Assembly: GCA_965215885.1 (NCBI GenBank) | Contig: CBDCEW010000097.1 | Span: 64,001-128,000 of the forward strand | DNA: 64,000 nucleotides | DNA from: Candidatus Moanibacter sp. | GTDB taxonomy: Bacteria > Verrucomicrobiota > Verrucomicrobiia > Opitutales > UBA2987 | Direction of reading: 5' to 3' | Shown here: in pieces, positions 62,667 to 64,000 of the stretch | Layout: every line of letters starts with the position of its first letter | How positions within the stretch are numbered: the stretch's first letter is position 1 | The notes under the pieces: generated by a model | Database searches by the model: none | What the model saw: the letters and a program-made list of their open reading frames with translations, nothing else | What the model was told of the DNA's origin: nothing | Made by a program: the position numbers and the translations under genes

Positions 62667-63592
62667 TCCTGAGTTGCCTCCTTTTGTGGCTCATCCTGAA
62701 GCAAGAGATCAAGGCCGCGAATCATGTCCAGGAAAGTTCGAAGTCGCGACCTGTTCATCTTTCCGAAATTATGCCAGCATTCCCGCGATAAAGCCGACCG
62801 AAGTCGAGCGGCGAACTTCCTCCTCGCCGGCCACACTCTGTACTACAAACTCGAAAAGGCTTGTTTCAATAACAAGAAATCTCTTACTCGAAAATATAAC
62901 CCGTTGATGTTCAAGAATTATGGTTCTGTTTCTCCGAAAAGAAAGTCTCGCTAAAAAAATCTCAATGGAACATCCTGCTGAGCGGGACCGTACGGCAGAC
63001 TCTACGAGATTGAAATTTGAATAAGGAAAGCAGGAAATCCGCGGGCACGCTGATCCCGATCGACCTCACGTCGAATGATGTTTTCTGGTCTCGCCAAGCC
63101 GGGATTGCACGTTGAATCAATGCGCGGTGTTCCCTGGCGCAGCGAAGACGGCTCGAATCCGCGGGAACACCCGTCCGACCACTTTCCACTGCTGAGCGCA
63201 GCGAAGTCCCGGCTTGCCGGGATCCACTGATTACTTCCCCTCCCCCTTTGCGACTTTGCGGCTTCTTGACAGGGCGGAGTACCGCTTGCGAGTCGAAGAC
63301 CGTTGCGTGAGAATTCTTTCCTCTTTCTCTCCGTTTTCTTTGTTTCTCCCGGCTCGCCGGGATTCAATTGTCTTTTCTCAGCATGCGTCTACCAGTTTGG
63401 TTGCGGCTTTGCTGCGCTAGGCCACACCCACCCCCAGCAAGCCTTGCGTCAAAGGATCCATATCCGTAATTCGATCAGCCAACTGGCATACTTAAACCGC
63501 TACACCCAATCGCGAAATGGCCTTGCGAAGGCAAACCGGCACGTGAGAGAATGATCGTTCCGTCGCTCGAATTCTATCTCTTTCGGAAGTAA

Positions 63593-64000
63593 ATGGAGAT
63601 AATTCCTTACCGTAAGATTCCGCCGGATGCTGAAGTTCCGTTGCTCCATCCGGACTACAGGAGCACCGTTCTACGCGCGCCCAAGCGACCCCTGATACCG
63701 CTGGAACGCACCCTCTCAGAGATCACTGGTCCGGTGTTTGGCCATGAGAGAGTCGGTCTGCTCGACCATGACCTCACTCGACAGCATGAGGGAGAGCTAT
63801 TGGGTGAGCGCATCATCGTGAGCGGACGCGTTATGGACGAAGGCGGTAGGCCTTTATTTCGCCGACGAGGACTTGGCAAACTCGGAAGATCCAGTTCTCG
63901 CGTCGATTTCGGACGAAGCGGCACGAGTTTCGTTCCTTGCAGAGCCCTTTGTAAAGGAGGGCAGGAAGATTTACAAGTTCGATATTCATCTTCAAGGGGA
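63593..64000 (+). pseudogene. pcaH: Protocatechuate 3,4-dioxygenase beta 5' part joined out of frame to an alpha-like 3' part
   Basis: PDYRSTVLRAP..SEITGPVFG..DLT..GERIIVSGRVMDEGGRP, then another frame YFADE..N.EDPVL..YKFDIHLQG from about 63853. Confidence 0.72.

Noticed and set aside
62960..63300. Possible riboswitch or ncRNA in a long intergenic region with hairpins
   Set aside because: No recognisable consensus; the hairpins resemble the dispersed cccggcaagccggg repeat

Overview
A mosaic bacterial window (roughly 55% GC by eye), possibly Verrucomicrobiota/Opitutales-like judging from aroE, yggS and a secreted-protein C-terminal motif; the taxonomy is inference only. Metabolic genes: ssnA-like amidohydrolase, frdABCD, aroE, yggS, pyrC-pyrB plus a pyrF-pyrE fusion, and a CusCBA-type efflux operon. 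Accessory genes: a desaturase-asparagine synthase-MFS cluster, a TPR-GT41 glycosyltransferase, secreted repeat proteins, and a DIP1984-like gene with an HNH nuclease. Mobile DNA is abundant: three different IS4-type elements (one present twice), an IS66 nested in an IS4, an IS5/ISNCY-like element, a two-ORF Mutator/IS256-like element, many MITEs, an IS200/605-like palindrome mini-element and REP-like hairpins. The most notable patterns are (i) sequence-specific targeting by several DDE elements (CCCCG-N9-CGGGG REP loops; an 11-bp CAGTCTGACCC motif), (ii) a candidate structured RNA with heptamer periodicity behind the DIP1984-like gene, and (iii) stitched IS micro-fragments and internally deleted genes, which may be biology or amplification/assembly artefact. 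I recognised no rRNA, tRNA or CRISPR array. Protein calls come from motif recognition only; no searches were run.
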